In this document: positions 1 to 9,989 of the stretch, one piece after another
Numbering within the stretch: the first letter of the stretch is position 1
How the letters are laid out: the number at the start of each line of letters is the position of its first letter
Origin: Dehalococcoidia bacterium
Lineage (GTDB): Bacteria; Chloroflexota; Dehalococcoidia; Plut-88900
Reading direction: 5' to 3'
Assembly: GCA_965197645.1 (NCBI GenBank)
Contig: OZ240219.1
Coordinates: forward strand, 864,001 to 928,000
DNA length: 64,000 nt
The notes under the pieces: generated by a model
The model's database searches: none
What the model saw: only the letters and a program-made list of their open reading frames with translations
Told to the model about the DNA's origin: nothing
Program-made: the position numbers and the translations under genes

Positions 1-373
1 CCCCTTCGGGCTTGAACTTGAAGCGGCTGGTTCGAATGTAGGTCTCCGAGCCCTTGAGCAGGTCGGGGTCGAGATGGAACTTACCGGGCCACTTGATCTC
101 CCAGAAGGAGGTCTCCGGCTTCTTTTCGAAGACCCATTCCCATTTTTCGTACACGGCGGGAAGTACCTGGGAAAGATAACGGTCGCAGTCCTCCTTGGAG
201 TCCCAACCGGTGATTTGCCTCACCTCCCTCTCCCTCTCGACGCTGTTGAGAACGCAGAAGAGGCGGTTACCCTCGGAGTTAATCACGGGGCCCATGACCT
301 CTGACTCGTAGACGTTTTTGACGGTTGATAGAGCCTCCTCCTTCAAGAGAACGTGCCTTATCATGACGTACAT
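1..373 (-). CDS. Hypothetical protein, ABM/dimeric alpha-beta barrel-like (runs off the window edge)
   Basis: Manually translated: MYVMIRHVLLKEEALSTVKNVYESEVMGPVINSEGNRLFCVL...ITGWDSKEDCDRYL. GAGGAGG RBS precedes the ATG at 373. The W-D-S-x-E pattern is typical of ABM domains. Confidence 0.5.
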   Translation of the reverse strand, partial: MYVMIRHVLLKEEALSTVKNVYESEVMGPVINSEGNRLFCVLNSVEREREVRQITGWDSKEDCDRYLSQVLPAVYEKWEWVFEKKPETSFWEIKWPGKFHLDPDLLKGSETYIRTSRFKFKPEG

Positions 374-416
374 CCCTGAACCTCCTCGAGGTGTATATAA
401 GAACGGTCGCGCTATT

Positions 417-2078
417 CTAGCACTGGGAGCCGGGGGCCGCGCCGTAGCTCTTCCTCAGGGGGATCTCCTTCAGGAAGAGCAGGACCAGTATCGAAACGGC
501 GACGACGATGGTGGCCACGAGAAATATATCGGTGAGGGCGTTGGCGAGGGCCACCTTCATGGCATCCAGAAGAGACTCCATGAGCTCGACGCCCCGGTCT
601 CCCATGCCGGCGAACTGCTCCTCCAGGAACAAGCGTGAAGAGGGGTCCACGAGGGCGTTGGGGTCTCGGAGGTGACCGACCTTGTCGGGCCCCAGGGCGT
701 TCACTGCATCCAGGGGCAGACCGGTGTCCAGGTTGCGGGACAGCCTGGTGGTAAGAATCGCTCCCATCACCGCCACTCCCAGGGCGCCTCCCGTGCTTCG
801 GAAGAACTGGACCGACGCCGTTACCACACCCATGAATGAGTGGTGGAAGGCGTTCTGCACGACGATGGTGAACACGGGAAAGCCGATACCCAGGCCGAAG
901 CCCATCAGCACCATGTTCAGGGTCACCTCCCGGTTGCCGGTATCGGCGTCCATCAGGCACAACAGCACCATCCCCGCAGTCATCATTCCGATTCCGGCCA
1001 GGCTTAGTATCTTGTAGTGCCCTATCCTGGACAGCAGCTGCCCGCCTACTATGCTTCCCACGACGATGGCCAGCATCATGGGCAGCATCACCAACCCTGA
1101 GTTGGTCGCCGAGCTTCCTATGACTCCCTGTACGAACAGGGGGATGAACAGAATGGACCCAAACATCCCGACACCCGTGAGAAAGGTGGTGATTGCTATT
1201 ACCGTGAATATCCGGTTCCTGAACATAGAAAGAGGGAGGATGGGTGAGGGGGTCCGATGCTCGATGAAGAGCCAGATGGCGAACATGATTCCGGAGAAAA
1301 CGAACAGCAGCACCACTTGCGTCGAGGCCCAGGAGTAGGTCTGGCTGCCGAGGGAGATGGCCAGGAACAGGGGTATCAGGGTGAGGACCAAGGCCGCGGC
1401 ACCCGGGTAGTCGACGCTCTCCTTCAGGCTCTTTCCTCCGAACGGAGGCATGGAGACGATAATCGCCACCAGTGCCAGGAGGCTTATCGGTATGTTGACG
1501 TAGAACACCCATCTCCAGCTCAGGTTGTCGGTCAGGGCGCCACCGGCGACGGGCCCTACGACGCTGGCCAGGCCGAATACGGCGCCGATGAGACCGGTCC
1601 ATTTGCCTCGCTCCGCCGGCGGGAAGACGTCGCCGACCACGGTGAAGGCGTTGGACATCAGGAACCCGGCTCCACCCCCCTGCACGCCCCTGGACAGAAT
1701 CAGCTGGACCATGTTCTGCGATATGCCCGACAGCACCGAGCCGGCGAGGAAGATCAGTATTCCCGCAATGAACAGCGGCTTGCGACCGTATATATCGGAA
1801 ACGCGGCCGACGATGGGCACGAGGGTGGTGGACATCACCAGGTAGGAGGTCACCACCCAGGAGATCTGGTCTATGCCACCCACGTCGGCGACGATCCTGG
1901 GCAGGGCGGTTGCGACGATGGTCTGGTCGAGGGCGGCCAGGAACAGGGACATCATGGCCGCGCCCAGGATCAGGACGACCTGGGTCCTGGAAAGTCGTCC
2001 TATGGGACTGGCGGCGTCAGAGGACACGTCCGAGGCCGATTCGTCGGTCTGAAGACCGGTTTGCTCTGCTTCTTCCAA
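417..2078 (-). CDS. DHA2 (EmrB/QacA) MFS drug-resistance transporter
   Basis: LAALDQTIVATALP, GRVSDIYGRK and WRWVFYVNIP motifs; about 14 TM segments. Confidence 0.93.
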   Translation of the reverse strand: MEEAEQTGLQTDESASDVSSDAASPIGRLSRTQVVLILGAAMMSLFLAALDQTIVATALPRIVADVGGIDQISWVVTSYLVMSTTLVPIVGRVSDIYGRKPLFIAGILIFLAGSVLSGISQNMVQLILSRGVQGGGAGFLMSNAFTVVGDVFPPAERGKWTGLIGAVFGLASVVGPVAGGALTDNLSWRWVFYVNIPISLLALVAIIVSMPPFGGKSLKESVDYPGAAALVLTLIPLFLAISLGSQTYSWASTQVVLLFVFSGIMFAIWLFIEHRTPSPILPLSMFRNRIFTVIAITTFLTGVGMFGSILFIPLFVQGVIGSSATNSGLVMLPMMLAIVVGSIVGGQLLSRIGHYKILSLAGIGMMTAGMVLLCLMDADTGNREVTLNMVLMGFGLGIGFPVFTIVVQNAFHHSFMGVVTASVQFFRSTGGALGVAVMGAILTTRLSRNLDTGLPLDAVNALGPDKVGHLRDPNALVDPSSRLFLEEQFAGMGDRGVELMESLLDAMKVALANALTDIFLVATIVVAVSILVLLFLKEIPLRKSYGAAPGSQC

Positions 2079-2227
2079 GGGTACGGTACCGGGGTGGACG
2101 GGGCCCGACTATGTGCCAGCGAGCGGGGATTGTGCTGATCGTTCCACGTTTCAGCCAGGCCGTCACAGGACTATACACCCCGCTCTATGGCGATACAACA
2201 CTCTTGGACCCGAGCCAGGGTGCTATC

Positions 2228-3805
2228 ATGGCCGGCGTGAACGCAGACAAGCCCAAGGTACCCGTTCTCTACAACGCCAACGTATTAACCCTCGATCCCG
2301 TGCTGCCTCGAGCCGGTGGAGTAGAGATCGACGGGAGTCGTATCAGCCGGGTGGGAGAAGGGATTTCAGGCGGTGACCGGGGTATAGATTGCGAGGGCAG
2401 GACGGTGATGCCAGGCTTCATCGACGCTCACATCCACTTTCTGGCCTACGCCTCCAGCCTGCGCAGCGTGGACTGCTCTCCAAGGCGGGTGAGTTCGATA
2501 GAGGACATCGTCGCCGCTCTCTCCCAAGCGGCCCGCGTCACGCCCGTCGGTGAGTGGGTCCGCGGCACGGGCTACGAGGAGTTCCATCTCCAGGAGGGCC
2601 GCCACCCGGTCGGCGGCGACCTGGACCGGGCCACGACGGACCACCCGGTCAGGCTGTCCCATCGCTCAGGACATGCCAGCGTGTTGAACACCTACGGAAT
2701 GAGGCTGGCAGACATCACGATAGAAACAGCGGAGCCCGGCGCTGGGGTCATGGATAGGGACCCCCGTACAGGCCGGCCCACCGGCCTCCTCCTGGACCTG
2801 GAGCAGTGGCTGGACCAGCGGCTCGAAGGCAAGTACGCAGCCGGTATACCGGATGAAGCCGTCCACGAAGCGTCCCAGCGTTTGCTCGCCATGGGCATCA
2901 CAACCTTTCAGGACGCTTCCCCGTCCAACTCGTTGGACCGGTGGCGGCTGTTCAAACGCTTGAGAAGCGAGGGGAGGCTGGACTGCACGGTGAACATGAT
3001 GGTAGGCCACCAACACCTTGGCGAGATGCTGGATGCGGGACTTGGGTTCGGGTCAGGGGACGAAGGTATGCAGGTCGGACCGGCGAAGGTAATGTTGAGC
3101 GGGGTAGCCGGGTCGCTCCAGCCCTCGAAAGAGGAGCTTATCGACATCGTCCAAAGGGCTTACGGCCTGGGATTCCCGGTGGCCATTCACGCCGTGGAGC
3201 AAGAGGAGGTGGAGGCGGCTGTAAGCGCCCTGGAGAGCCTGGCACGGCATGACCCCGAGTCCACGCTGGTCCATCGCATCGAGCACTGCTCCATCGCTCC
3301 ACCGGAGCTTCAGGACCGGTTGACGCGACTCAATGCCATGGTAGTGACACAGCCCGGGTTTCTGTATGAGAGCGGCGAACGGTACCTTCGAACGGTCCCC
3401 GGAGATGATGTTCCGTGGCTGTACCCGGTGAGATCACTGAGGGACAGGGGTATTCGCGTGGCCGCCGGCTCCGATGCTCCCGTGGCCTCGCCTCGCCCCA
3501 TGACCGCCATCTACTCAGCGGTGACTCGACGAGCAGCCAATGGAGAGACTGTGGCCCCCGAGCAGGGAATACCGGTGCTGGAGGCGTTGAAGATGTACAC
3601 GGTGGATGCTGCCTGCGCCCTAGGCCAGGGATCGGATAAAGGCACCTTGTCGCCGGGGCAGCGGGCCGATCTAGTAGTGCTCAGTGACGACCCGATCCGA
3701 GCATCGCCGGAATCGATCAAGGAGATCGAGGTGGAGGCCACCGTCATCGGTGGGAGGCTCGTATGGGCCAGCGACGATTTCAAGGAGAGAGCGGCGGCTC
3801 GCTAG
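2228..3805 (+). CDS. Amidohydrolase family 3 (YtcJ-like)
   Basis: PGFIDAHIH, HAVE, HRIEH, GSDAP and G-x-L-x-P-G-x-R-A-D motifs. Start taken at ATG 2228 within the 1910 ORF. Confidence 0.9.
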   Translation: MAGVNADKPKVPVLYNANVLTLDPVLPRAGGVEIDGSRISRVGEGISGGDRGIDCEGRTVMPGFIDAHIHFLAYASSLRSVDCSPRRVSSIEDIVAALSQAARVTPVGEWVRGTGYEEFHLQEGRHPVGGDLDRATTDHPVRLSHRSGHASVLNTYGMRLADITIETAEPGAGVMDRDPRTGRPTGLLLDLEQWLDQRLEGKYAAGIPDEAVHEASQRLLAMGITTFQDASPSNSLDRWRLFKRLRSEGRLDCTVNMMVGHQHLGEMLDAGLGFGSGDEGMQVGPAKVMLSGVAGSLQPSKEELIDIVQRAYGLGFPVAIHAVEQEEVEAAVSALESLARHDPESTLVHRIEHCSIAPPELQDRLTRLNAMVVTQPGFLYESGERYLRTVPGDDVPWLYPVRSLRDRGIRVAAGSDAPVASPRPMTAIYSAVTRRAANGETVAPEQGIPVLEALKMYTVDAACALGQGSDKGTLSPGQRADLVVLSDDPIRASPESIKEIEVEATVIGGRLVWASDDFKERAAAR

Positions 3806-3809
3806 GCTG

Positions 3810-4784
3810 CTATCGGTCGCGCTCCAGTACGTACGAGACCAGGGTTTCCAGCGAGCGCCGGTACTCGTTGGCCGGTAAAGACTCCAGGGCGCTGCGAGCC
3901 TCCAGGCAGAACTGCTTCGCCACCTCGTAGGAGTCCTCGATTGCCGACGAGTTGTTTATCATCTCGACGGTACGTTGCAGGGCGGCCTCATTGTTCCGGT
4001 CCTCGCCGATCTCCCGTATCGGGTTGCCGTCGGGATACCTCTCCAGGAGCAATATGGACGGGAGGGTCAGGACGCCTTGGGCCAGGTCGCTTCCCACTGG
4101 TTTGCCCACCTCGGATTCGCTCCCTTGGAAGTCCAGGATGTCATCGACTATCTGGAACGCCATGCCGAGGCTGTGTCCATAGGTCCGCAGAGACTGAACG
4201 GTGGTCTCGGGGGCGCCGCTCAAGATGGCCCCGGTTTCGGAGGAGGTAGTGAACAGAGAGGCGGTCTTCTGGTCTATTCGCTTCCAGTAGTCATCCCGGG
4301 ACTGGTCCCAGTTGTAGGAGCTGACCCGCTCGGCCAACTCGCCGCCGGAGAGGTCCATGATGGTCTCGGAGAAGATGCGTATCACCCTGACATTTTCGGT
4401 GGCGCAGACTAGGGTGGCGGACTTGGCGAAAACGTAGTCGCCCACCAGAACGGCCACATTCTCTCCCCACCGGCTGCTGACCGTGGGACGGCCTCGGCGG
4501 ATGTCCGCCTTATCGACGGTGTCGTCGTGGATGAGGGTAGCGATGTGCAGCAGCTCCACGGCGCCGGCCATGAGGATTACCGGATCCAGGTCGTGGGGAT
4601 GGAACTTGGATGCCAGAACGGTAATTGCAGGCCGGGTGCCCTTGCCTCCGCTGCCCATCACGTGAGCAAGCATGTCGGCCAGCTCGGGGAAATCCACCCG
4701 GCTGGCGGACTGGAGTTGGCTTCGGACGCGGAGCAGTTCCTCTTTGACCGGCTCGTAGATGGGGAGTACGGCTGCCAAACTCAT
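3810..4784 (-). CDS. Polyprenyl diphosphate synthase
   Basis: GGKGTRP, LIHDDTVDKADIRRG (first DDxxD) and FQIVDDILD (second DDxxD). Confidence 0.93.
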   Translation of the reverse strand: MSLAAVLPIYEPVKEELLRVRSQLQSASRVDFPELADMLAHVMGSGGKGTRPAITVLASKFHPHDLDPVILMAGAVELLHIATLIHDDTVDKADIRRGRPTVSSRWGENVAVLVGDYVFAKSATLVCATENVRVIRIFSETIMDLSGGELAERVSSYNWDQSRDDYWKRIDQKTASLFTTSSETGAILSGAPETTVQSLRTYGHSLGMAFQIVDDILDFQGSESEVGKPVGSDLAQGVLTLPSILLLERYPDGNPIREIGEDRNNEAALQRTVEMINNSSAIEDSYEVAKQFCLEARSALESLPANEYRRSLETLVSYVLERDR

Positions 4785-4801
4785 GGGCTTGTCCAGAGGG
4801 C

Positions 4802-6472
4802 CTATGCCGGGACCTGGCCCAGCCTGGCCGTCTCCTCCTCCGCTACCGATTCGTCCAGCTTCTTGAACAACGCCTGCGGCGGCTCCAGCTTTTGCCCGAC
4901 GTCGGGCATCCGGAAGCGCCACTCGTTATGCTCGTCCAGCTCTTCGAAGCCCAGTAAGCGGTGGAGCTTCTTGGAGCTGAAAGGCATGAAAGGATACATA
5001 AGGGTCTTGAGGGCGGAGACGGTATTCACGGCGCACCAGAGGGTGGTTGCGGCGTCCTGCCGGTCCTCTTTTATCGCTTTCCAGGGGGCCTTGAGGTCCA
5101 GGTACCGGTTGGCCTCGTGGGCCAGGCCCATCGCCTCCCGGATGGCCTCCTTGAACCTGCACAGCTCCAGCAGCCGATCGACGGAGTCGAAGGCGGGCTG
5201 AATCTTGGCCAGGAGCTCCTCGGACGCTGAATCTCGGTGACCGGGTTCGGGGACGCGGCCATCGAAGTTCCGATAGGTCATCGTCAGCACCCTGTGAACG
5301 AGGTTTCCGTAGGTACCCACAAGCTCTCCGTTGTTGCGCCGCACGAACTCGCGCCACGAAAAGTCGGCGTCGGAGGTATCGGGCATGTTGGCGGAGAGGT
5401 AGTAGCGAAGAGGGTCGGGATCGTACCTTTTCAGGTAGTCGGGCAGCCAAACGGCCCAGTTGCGGCTGGTGGAGAGCTGGCGGCCATCGATGGTGAGGAA
5501 CTCGTTGGCCGGCACATCGTAGGGCAGGGCGAGGTTGCCGTAGCCCATGAGCATGGCCGGCCAGATGATGGTATGGAAGGGAATATTGTCCTTGCCGATG
5601 AAGTAGTAGGCCTTCGCCTCCTCACCCCAGAACTCTTTCCACTGATCGGGGGCGCCTCGATTCTTCGCCCACTCGACGCTGGCGGAGAGATAGCCGATGA
5701 CGGCTTCGAACCAGACGTAGATGCGCTTGTCTTCGTATCCCGGCAGTGGGACGGGGACGCCCCAGTTGATGTCCCGGGTGATGGCCCGATCCTTCAGCCC
5801 GTCCCGCAGCAGCTGCAGGGTGAAGTTGCGGACGTTGAGACGCCAGTGGTCCTGGCCCTCCACCCAATCGATGAGTGGTTCCTGAAGGGCGCTGAGACGG
5901 AGGAAGAAGTGCTCGGTGTCCGTTATCTGGGGGACGTCGCCGGAGATGCCGCACCGGAGACCGATGAGATCGGTGGGATTCAGGGGCTTGCCGCAGTTGT
6001 CGCACTGGTCGCCCCGAGCGGCCTCGTAGCCACATAGGGGGCAGGCGCCCTCCACGTACCTATCGGGCAGAAAGCGGTTGCAGGTGTGGCAAAAGGGCAT
6101 GCTCATAGTGTCAGTGTAGATGTAGTCCTTGGACAAGAGCACCTTGAAGATGTCCTGGGCGACCTCCCGGTGGTTGTCCGTGCCGGTGGTGGTAAACAGA
6201 TCGAAGGAGATGCCCAGGTCTTCCCAGCTGCGAAGGAACTCCGCCTGAAATCTGTCTACAATCTGCTGGGGCGAGACCTGCTCCTGCTCGGCGCGAATGG
6301 TTATGGGCGTGCCGTGCTGGTCGCTGCCCGAGACCATCAGCACCTCGTTGCCCTTTGCCCGATGATAGCGGGCGAAGATATCAGGCGGCAGGTAGGCGCC
6401 GGCTATCTGGCCCAGATGCAATGAGCCATTGGCGTAGGGCCAGGCAACAGCGATCAGGATTTTTTCGGGCAA
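4802..6472 (-). CDS. metG: Methionyl-tRNA synthetase
   Basis: PYANGSLHLGQ (HIGH-like), zinc-knuckle CxxC pairs, YVWFEA, GKDNIPFH and QLSTS (KMSKS-like). Confidence 0.97.
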   Translation of the reverse strand: MPEKILIAVAWPYANGSLHLGQIAGAYLPPDIFARYHRAKGNEVLMVSGSDQHGTPITIRAEQEQVSPQQIVDRFQAEFLRSWEDLGISFDLFTTTGTDNHREVAQDIFKVLLSKDYIYTDTMSMPFCHTCNRFLPDRYVEGACPLCGYEAARGDQCDNCGKPLNPTDLIGLRCGISGDVPQITDTEHFFLRLSALQEPLIDWVEGQDHWRLNVRNFTLQLLRDGLKDRAITRDINWGVPVPLPGYEDKRIYVWFEAVIGYLSASVEWAKNRGAPDQWKEFWGEEAKAYYFIGKDNIPFHTIIWPAMLMGYGNLALPYDVPANEFLTIDGRQLSTSRNWAVWLPDYLKRYDPDPLRYYLSANMPDTSDADFSWREFVRRNNGELVGTYGNLVHRVLTMTYRNFDGRVPEPGHRDSASEELLAKIQPAFDSVDRLLELCRFKEAIREAMGLAHEANRYLDLKAPWKAIKEDRQDAATTLWCAVNTVSALKTLMYPFMPFSSKKLHRLLGFEELDEHNEWRFRMPDVGQKLEPPQALFKKLDESVAEEETARLGQVPA

Positions 6473-6550
6473 AACGCTGTCCTTTCAGGGGCAAGCAATT
6501 CTAGCACGCCGTATGTGAAATTAACAACGAACGGTAGAGGGCAGGACGCT

Positions 6551-7357
6551 TCACGGCTCTCGCCACAGCCTGTACACGCGGTTCCTGGGCACGCCCAGAG
6601 ACCCGGCGACCTCGTCTACGGCCTCCCTGGCGCCTGATCCCTCCGCCCTCATTCTGGCCAGCTCATCCCTGATCTCTTCGTCGGAGGCGGCGCCACTACA
6701 GCCGATTGCCCCCTCCATGACGAGGGTGAACTCGCCGCGTGGGTGGAGGAAGTGCTCCCTTGCCTCGGCGGCCGTTCCCCGGAATACCTCCTCGTGGACC
6801 TTGGTCAGCTCCCTACAGACCGCCAGCCGTCGCTCCCCGAACAGCTCGGACAGGTCACCGAGGGTGGATCGAAGGCGGTGTGGGGCCTCGAATAACACCA
6901 TGGTACGGGCCTCTTTCCGTAACGATTCCAGCATCCGGCGGCGTTCGGGCTTCTTCCTCGGCACGAATCCCAGGTAAACGAAGCTGTCGGCCGGAAGCCC
7001 GGAGACAATCAGCGCCGTGATAACTGCGGAGGGGCCGGGTACGGGGACCACTTCGATATCGTTCTCGATGGCGGCCTGGACCAGTTCATGGCCGGGATCG
7101 CTCAGGACGGGCGTTCCGGCGTCGGAGACCAGGGCGATATCCTCCGTTTTGAGATGTTCGATCAGCCCTGGCAGCTTGGACAGCTTGTTGTGTTCGTGGT
7201 AGCTGGTCAGTTTGGCATTTATCTCGTACCTTGCCAGGAGCCGGCGGGTCTTCCTCGTGTCCTCGGCCGCGATGAGGGAAACTTCCCTCAGCACCCGCAG
7301 AGCGCGCAGGGAAACATCCTCCAGGTTCCCGATGGGGGTAGCTACGATGTACAGCAT
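6551..7357 (-). CDS. rsmI: 16S rRNA (cytidine1402-2'-O)-methyltransferase
   Basis: LYIVATPIGNLED, AAEDTR, SDAGTP and RELTKVHEE motifs. Confidence 0.96.
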   Translation of the reverse strand: MLYIVATPIGNLEDVSLRALRVLREVSLIAAEDTRKTRRLLARYEINAKLTSYHEHNKLSKLPGLIEHLKTEDIALVSDAGTPVLSDPGHELVQAAIENDIEVVPVPGPSAVITALIVSGLPADSFVYLGFVPRKKPERRRMLESLRKEARTMVLFEAPHRLRSTLGDLSELFGERRLAVCRELTKVHEEVFRGTAAEAREHFLHPRGEFTLVMEGAIGCSGAASDEEIRDELARMRAEGSGAREAVDEVAGSLGVPRNRVYRLWREP

Positions 7358-7465
7358 CTCTTCGCCTTAGATCGATCAGCAGGTCAATACTAACACTGGG
7401 CTTGATTGACATGCCGAAGGCGGGGATATATTTTGGTGTGGCCTGTCGGGGCCCTGCGGGGAGAC

Positions 7466-8680
7466 ATGAGCAAGCAAGCCTTAGAGGGAATCAAGGTAGC
7501 CGACTTTACGTGGATCGCCGCCGGGCCAGTGACCACCAAGTACCTGGCGGATCACGGGGCGACAGTAGTCCGCGTGGAGTCCACCACCAAGCCGGACCAC
7601 TCCCGAGGCTGGCCCCCCTTCAAAGGCGGCGAGGCAGGAATCAATCGCAGCGGCTTCTACACCGATTTCAACGCCAGCAAGTACAACCTGACCATCAACC
7701 TCAACAATGCGGCGGGACGGGAGGTAGCCCGGAAGCTGGTCAGGTGGGCCGACGTTTTCGTAGAGAACTACACCCCGGGCGTGATGGACAAGCTGGGCCT
7801 GGGCTATCCGGCGGCGGCGGAGCTGAACCCGGCAATCATCTACTTGAGCAGCTCTCAACAGGGCCGGGGCGGGCCCCACTATCGTCATTCGGGCTACGGG
7901 AACCATGCCGCATCCATATCGGGTTTCACCCACGTCACCGGCCAGCCCGGTGAGGAAGGGATGATGCCCTACGGCGCCTACACCGACTTCATCAGCCCCC
8001 GATTCTCGGTGGTGGCCATCCTTGCCGCCCTGGAGTTTCGCCGGAGAACGGGCGAGGGCCAGTACATCGACCTCGCTCAGGTGGAATCGGGCCTCCAGTT
8101 TCTGGCCCCCGTGGTTATGGACGAGGTGGCCAATGGGAATGCGTTTCTCCGTCACGGCAACCGGGACCTCAACGCCAGTCCTCACGGCGCCTACCCCTGC
8201 CGAGGTGAGGACCGGTGGTGCGTCATCGCCGTATTCACGGATGACCAGTGGCGGGCGCTGAGAAAGGTCATGGGCGATCCTTCATGGGCGTGCGAAGCTC
8301 GTTTCTCCACTCTGGAAGGCAGGAAAGCGAATGAGGACGAGCTGGACGGGCTCATCTCCCAGTGGACTAGAGACTATTCACCCGAGGAGGTGATGAGCAG
8401 GCTGCAGAAGGCCGGTGTTGCCGGTGGCATAGTTGCCACGGGCGAGGATATGTTCCGCGATCCCCAGCTGAAGCATAGAGAGCAATTCGTCGCCCTGGAA
8501 CACCCGGAGATGGGCTTGCATCACTACGACGGCCTCTCTTTCAAACTGTCGGGCACGCCGGGACGGCTCAGATCACCGGCGCCTTTGATCGGGCAGCACA
8601 ACGACTACGTGCTTCGCAAGCTGCTGGGAATGGACGATGAGGAGGTCGCAGAGGCGGCGGAAGCGGGTGCGTTGGACTAA
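7466..8680 (+). CDS. CaiB/BaiF family III CoA transferase
   Basis: LEGIKVADFT, AGP...LADHGA, ADVFVENYTPG and APLIGQHN motifs. Confidence 0.93.
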   Translation: MSKQALEGIKVADFTWIAAGPVTTKYLADHGATVVRVESTTKPDHSRGWPPFKGGEAGINRSGFYTDFNASKYNLTINLNNAAGREVARKLVRWADVFVENYTPGVMDKLGLGYPAAAELNPAIIYLSSSQQGRGGPHYRHSGYGNHAASISGFTHVTGQPGEEGMMPYGAYTDFISPRFSVVAILAALEFRRRTGEGQYIDLAQVESGLQFLAPVVMDEVANGNAFLRHGNRDLNASPHGAYPCRGEDRWCVIAVFTDDQWRALRKVMGDPSWACEARFSTLEGRKANEDELDGLISQWTRDYSPEEVMSRLQKAGVAGGIVATGEDMFRDPQLKHREQFVALEHPEMGLHHYDGLSFKLSGTPGRLRSPAPLIGQHNDYVLRKLLGMDDEEVAEAAEAGALD

Positions 8681-8684
8681 TGAT

Positions 8685-9953
8685 ATGAACGGAGACATGG
8701 ACCTTCCATCCCCACTCGGCCCCTATCGGGTGCTGGACCTGAGCAGCGGGCACGCCGCCATCTGCGCCAGGCTCCTGGCCGATCTGGGGGCGGACGTGGT
8801 CAAGATCGAGCCGCCGGGAGGAGACCCTTCCCGGAGGGACAAACCTTTCCACGAAGGAATCGACGGGCCGGAGCGGAGCATGGACTGGTGGGCTTTCAAC
8901 TCCAACAAGCGCAGCGTCACCCTCGACATAGAAAATGACGAGGGACGAGAGCTTCTGCTACGCCTCATCGATGGGGCGGACTTCCTCGTTGAGACCTTTC
9001 CGCCGGGGCAGTTGCACCGGCTGGGGATGGGGTTTCAAGCGCTGCAAGAACGCAGACCGGGCCTGATAGCGGTCTCGATAACTCCCTTCGGACAATCGGG
9101 CCCCTATTCCGGTTACCAGGGCCCCGACATCGTCATGCAGGCTATGGGCGGGTTCATGCACGTCACCGGGGAGGAGGACGGGCCTCCCATGCGTATCGGC
9201 TATCCCAACGCCTTCCTGCACGCAGGCGTCGAAGGGGCTGTAGGGGCCCTCATCGCCAGCTACCATCGCCTCTCCACGGGCGAGGGACAACACGTCGATG
9301 TTTCGGCCCAGCAGTGTGTCGTCTGGACACTTATGGACGTGACCGCCACGTGGGACCTGACACAGGAAAATCTGCGGAGATCGGGTAACACCAACACGTG
9401 GGACAAGTCGGGTCGAAGCTTCAGGCACCACTTCCCCTGTAAAGACGGCTACGTTAGCTACTCCAGTGGGGCCGGCGTGAGGGACGCGAAGAACCCTGCC
9501 CCCTTTTACAAGATGGTGGAAGAGGATGGGTACGATGCCCAATCGATCGCTTCCAAGAGGTGGATGTCCGCCGACGTGGCCCGCTCCGATCTCACGACGG
9601 AAGAAGTGGAGGAGGGGGAGGCGTTTACCGCTTCGTTCCTGGCAGGGCACACCAGGCAGGAGCTGTACGACGTCGCCCTGGCTGCCCGGTTCCTGTTCGC
9701 TCCGGTGCTGGCGCCTCGGGAGGTGACCCGGAACTATCAGATGCGCGCAAGAGAAAGCGTGCTGGAGGTGGAGCAGACGGGCGACGGTAAGCTGATGCCC
9801 TTCCCGGGGCCGGCAGCGAAATTCAGCCGATCGCCGGGCCGGATCAGCCGTCGAGCGCCTCGTATCGGCGAGCACAACTATGAGATATACGGGGAAGAGA
9901 TGGGTCTATCCAATGACGAATTGGACCGGCTGAAAGCGGCCGGTGTTATCTAG
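8685..9953 (+). CDS. CaiB/BaiF family III CoA transferase
   Basis: RVLDLS, LADLGADVVKIEPPGGD, NSNKRSVTLD and APRIGEHN motifs. Confidence 0.93.
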   Translation: MNGDMDLPSPLGPYRVLDLSSGHAAICARLLADLGADVVKIEPPGGDPSRRDKPFHEGIDGPERSMDWWAFNSNKRSVTLDIENDEGRELLLRLIDGADFLVETFPPGQLHRLGMGFQALQERRPGLIAVSITPFGQSGPYSGYQGPDIVMQAMGGFMHVTGEEDGPPMRIGYPNAFLHAGVEGAVGALIASYHRLSTGEGQHVDVSAQQCVVWTLMDVTATWDLTQENLRRSGNTNTWDKSGRSFRHHFPCKDGYVSYSSGAGVRDAKNPAPFYKMVEEDGYDAQSIASKRWMSADVARSDLTTEEVEEGEAFTASFLAGHTRQELYDVALAARFLFAPVLAPREVTRNYQMRARESVLEVEQTGDGKLMPFPGPAAKFSRSPGRISRRAPRIGEHNYEIYGEEMGLSNDELDRLKAAGVI

Positions 9954-9989
9954 GCAACAATGAAATCGCGACAAGCGAGGGGGTGAGGA

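Noticed and set aside
412-1602. Long alternative-frame or antisense ORFs (also 9996-11228, 36784-37992, 37739-38971, 44464-46005, 60043-61326)
   Set aside because: Shadow ORFs expected in high-GC coding DNA; they overlap well-supported genes and lack motifs.
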